From a virus, in the IMG/VR virus record IMGVR_UViG_3300015371_000002, positions 60,251-124,250 of that record: a DNA stretch of 64,000 bases; one strand, given 5' to 3'. Within the stretch, counting starts at the first letter, position 1. Each line of letters starts with the position of its first letter. The notes beneath the pieces are model-generated. The model ran no database searches and was not told where the DNA came from. It saw only the letters and a list, made by a program, of their open reading frames with translations. Positions 61,443-64,000 of the stretch are shown here, one piece after another. The position numbers and the translations under genes were made by a program.

Positions 61443-61978
61443 GCTAAATCCCATCGGAACAACGGCTGCTTCGCCGACGGAATGCCGAGGATCTTCTGCC
61501 GGTAATCGTGCCAACAGATGATGGCATCCGCAGCGTTATGGTCGGTTACGTCAAGTTTCAGTTCCTGGCGGCAGAACTGCACCACGGCGGTCTTCGTCTC
61601 ACCCTTAACCCAACGGCAGCGGCCCATGACGTTGGTGCGGATGGTATCAACGTGAGCGCCATGGAACGCCACGTCATGACGGAAGCATGCTTCCCTGACG
61701 AAGCCGACGATGGCGTAGATCTGCATCATGGTGTCGACATTGGTGTTCGGCACGTTGGGCGGCAACGGGTTCTCGATCACCACGTCCGCAGGGTTCCACG
61801 CATCCATCGTGTCGTTGACCTTATCGACGAAAGCAGCGTAACGCGCGCCGACGCCGCCGATCTTCGGTAAGGTCCAGTGGCCGAATTCCGGCTGTTTCCG
61901 CCTGAGCGGTGCATAGGCCCAGCCGATGACGGTAGCGGACAGATCCAGCGCCAGCACACCGCCATCGGGCATGGTCAT
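61439..61978 (-). CDS. RuvC-like Holliday junction resolvase
   Basis: VLALDLS..IGWA, VVIENP, DHNAADAI. Confidence 0.8.
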   Translation of the reverse strand: MTMPDGGVLALDLSATVIGWAYAPLRRKQPEFGHWTLPKIGGVGARYAAFVDKVNDTMDAWNPADVVIENPLPPNVPNTNVDTMMQIYAIVGFVREACFRHDVAFHGAHVDTIRTNVMGRCRWVKGETKTAVVQFCRQELKLDVTDHNAADAIICWHDYRQKILGIPSAKQPLFRWDLA

Positions 61979-61979
61979 C

Positions 61980-62600
61980 TCATGCCGCCGTCTGCGGCTG
62001 CTTACGCGGCCGTCCCCGTGGCCGCTTCAGCGGCACCACATTTTCCTTTGGCGCCGCCAGAGCCTTCATCGCCTTGGGCATCCTCCCTCTGGCCTTGGGC
62101 TGTGCCTTGTTGGCCTGCGCCACGGTGCCGCGTGCGCCGGCGATATGCTCCTGCGCTCGCACGCCGATCTGCCACCACTTCACCCAGCCCTGGCTTTCCT
62201 CGGATCCCTCCTCGTATTGGTTGGCATCCTCGCCTAGCCCGCCACGGCCAGCGAGAAAGCCTTCATCGTTGGCCTTGGCGACCCGGCCCATTTTGCGGAT
62301 CGACTCGGGGAATTCCTCAGTAGCATTGAAGACGTTCAGCTGCGGTCCCAGAACCAGCCCGTTGGCGGCCGACGCCCGAGCGAAATTGGCAATGAAGGCT
62401 TCTGCTTTGGCCGCCCCGCGTCGCCGGAGCCGGATCGATAGCTTGATCTCTTCGACCGGCACGCCGATGTCGCGCCAGCGCTTGTCGATCGCCGCTCGCA
62501 GCGCGTTCTCGACCTTACACTTGCGGTCCTGTTCCTCGTATTCGAGCTGGTAGTCTGCTGCATCCTGCATAGTCCAAATCGGACCGTTGGTTCCTGACAT
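61980..62600 (-). CDS. hypothetical protein with basic AT-hook-like tail
   Basis: EGFLAGRGG...NQYEEGSEE...W; KRPRGRPRK. Confidence 0.6.
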   Translation of the reverse strand: MSGTNGPIWTMQDAADYQLEYEEQDRKCKVENALRAAIDKRWRDIGVPVEEIKLSIRLRRRGAAKAEAFIANFARASAANGLVLGPQLNVFNATEEFPESIRKMGRVAKANDEGFLAGRGGLGEDANQYEEGSEESQGWVKWWQIGVRAQEHIAGARGTVAQANKAQPKARGRMPKAMKALAAPKENVVPLKRPRGRPRKQPQTAA

Positions 62601-62912
62601 CTATTCGTCATCCTGTCTCAGCTTGTCTCGTAGGCGTGTTTCAAACAGCGCCCGGAGCTGTTTCTCCGTTAGCGCCACGTTGAGGATTTTCGCAGCTCGT
62701 CCGATTCGCTCGAACCATTCCGGTGGAATGCCGTCCCGCCGATGCCACGCCCGGGCGGTGCTGGCGGGCACACCGATTTCCCTGGCCAGCGCTGCCCGCC
62801 GGGGGAACAGATCAATCGCCTCTCTGTATGAATTCAATGACTTCGCCACCTTCTCTGCCCAGGTTCCCGTTCCGTTGCAATGTGCAACCCCCCTCGTTAG
62901 CGGGTCAACCAA
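62601..62912 (-). CDS. Cro-like HTH regulator
   Basis: AIDLFPRRAALAREIGVPASTARAWHRRDGIPPEWF; true start may be internal. Confidence 0.7.
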   Translation of the reverse strand: MVDPLTRGVAHCNGTGTWAEKVAKSLNSYREAIDLFPRRAALAREIGVPASTARAWHRRDGIPPEWFERIGRAAKILNVALTEKQLRALFETRLRDKLRQDDE

Positions 62913-62983
62913 TTACCGTATTGACACGACCGGGGGCGCCACATAAATGTTGTCAAACATATAACCATTCGGTGGGCGAGTTC

Positions 62984-63481
62984 ATGAGCGCTGCGACTGG
63001 CACCCGGAGATTTTCGCTACCCCAGATTGAGAACTTCATTATGGAGGCCCGTAGGCTGCGGTCGGAGTTCGCCGCGGAGGAAGACGAGACGCTCATCCAC
63101 GACACGCTGGAGGGGCAGACCAACCTCTATGAGGCGATCGACCAGATCGGCGAGGACCATCTCCGCGACAAGCTGCTAATCGAAGCAGCAGAGGCGCGGA
63201 TTAAGCGGCTGAAGCGGCGGGCCGATCGCCGCCAGGAATGGCTGGGCCGGAAGCTGGCCGACCTGGGCCTGAGCACATCACAGGAACGCCCGCTTTTCAC
63301 CCTCGGCCTGGAATGGAAGTCGCACGTGGTGGTGACCGACGAAAACGCCCTCGCCCCCCGATACGTCAGACACGCACCGGATAAGATCGTCATTGGCAAG
63401 GACCTGCGCGCTGGCACGTTCGTCGGCGAAGGCGCCGAACTGTCCAACCCGCAACCATCTGCCCGAATCTACAGGAAGTAG
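62984..63481 (+). CDS. siphovirus Gp157-family protein
   Basis: DTLEGQTNL...VVVTDENAL...PDKIVIGKDL...GAELSN. Confidence 0.8.
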   Translation: MSAATGTRRFSLPQIENFIMEARRLRSEFAAEEDETLIHDTLEGQTNLYEAIDQIGEDHLRDKLLIEAAEARIKRLKRRADRRQEWLGRKLADLGLSTSQERPLFTLGLEWKSHVVVTDENALAPRYVRHAPDKIVIGKDLRAGTFVGEGAELSNPQPSARIYRK

Positions 63482-63487
63482 AACGAA

Positions 63488-64000
63488 ATGAGCGCAGCAG
63501 CAGCAGCAGAGACTCAGCTCGCGACGATCTCCCAGAAGGACGAAGACCTGCTGATCGAGGCCATGCAGAACAGCCTCTACCCTGGGGCCAAGCGAGAAAG
63601 CGTCGCGCTGGTCCTGAGTTACTGTCGGGTCAACAAGCTCGATCCGATGACCAAGCCGGTGCACATCGTGCGGATGAAGGTAAAGACCGGCTATGACCCA
63701 GTAAAGCGCCAGAACATAGAAGAATGGCGCGATGTGCTGATGCCGGGCATCGGCGATTATCGCATCAAGGCGGCCCGTAGCGGTGAATATGGCGGTAAGA
63801 CGGAACCAGAATTTGGCCCCGTTATCAGAGAGAAGCTGGGCGGCACGGAGGTGTCATATCCACAGTGGTGTAGGATCACGGTGCATCGCATCGTGCAGGG
63901 GCAACCGAGGGCCTTCGCCGCCAAGGAATATTGGCTCGAGAACTACGCCAATGACGGCCACTCGGATAAGCCGAACTATATGTGGAAAAAGCGGGCATTC
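63488..64000 (+). CDS. bet: phage recombination protein Bet (RecT/Red-beta family), partial
   Basis: Hand-translated: NSLYPGA...YC...LDPMTKPVHIV...MPGIGDYRIKAARSGEYGG..EPEFGP...MWKKRAF; runs off the window. Confidence 0.85.
   Translation, partial: MSAAAAAETQLATISQKDEDLLIEAMQNSLYPGAKRESVALVLSYCRVNKLDPMTKPVHIVRMKVKTGYDPVKRQNIEEWRDVLMPGIGDYRIKAARSGEYGGKTEPEFGPVIREKLGGTEVSYPQWCRITVHRIVQGQPRAFAAKEYWLENYANDGHSDKPNYMWKKRAF

Overview
This GC-rich window is part of a tailed dsDNA (pro)phage, probably of an alphaproteobacterial host (inferred from gene content and SuhB/MmgR-like RNA motifs). The layout is: (i) 1-14.8 kb, a minus-strand HK97-type head and packaging operon (terS, HNH, terL, protease-capsid fusion, portal, collagen-like protein, three glycosyltransferase-like genes) next to a likely cos region; (ii) 16-25.3 kb, a plus-strand island of about 25 small genes with repeated sigma70 promoters/operators and 19 co-oriented copies of a CCAATCGAAGG motif; (iii) 25.4-32 kb, a lysis/late region (membrane protein-lytic transglycosylase fusion, papain-like protease, packaging HNH); (iv) 33-46 kb, accessory genes including a plasmid-type MOBQ relaxase-helicase (TraA-like) and mob accessory genes; (v) 46-58 kb, replication and regulation (primase-helicase, HTH initiator with iterons, three ParB-like and two RHH genes); (vi) 58.9-61.15 kb, the most notable locus: a stand-alone Cas7/RAMP-like gene, a small partner gene and a ~0.9 kb non-coding array of ~69-nt units built from GGC-NN pentamers and closed by a hairpin, a candidate RNA-guided system that is not a CRISPR array; (vii) RuvC-like, Cro-like, Gp157 and Bet genes at the right edge. 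All calls come from reading motifs by eye; no database searches were run.
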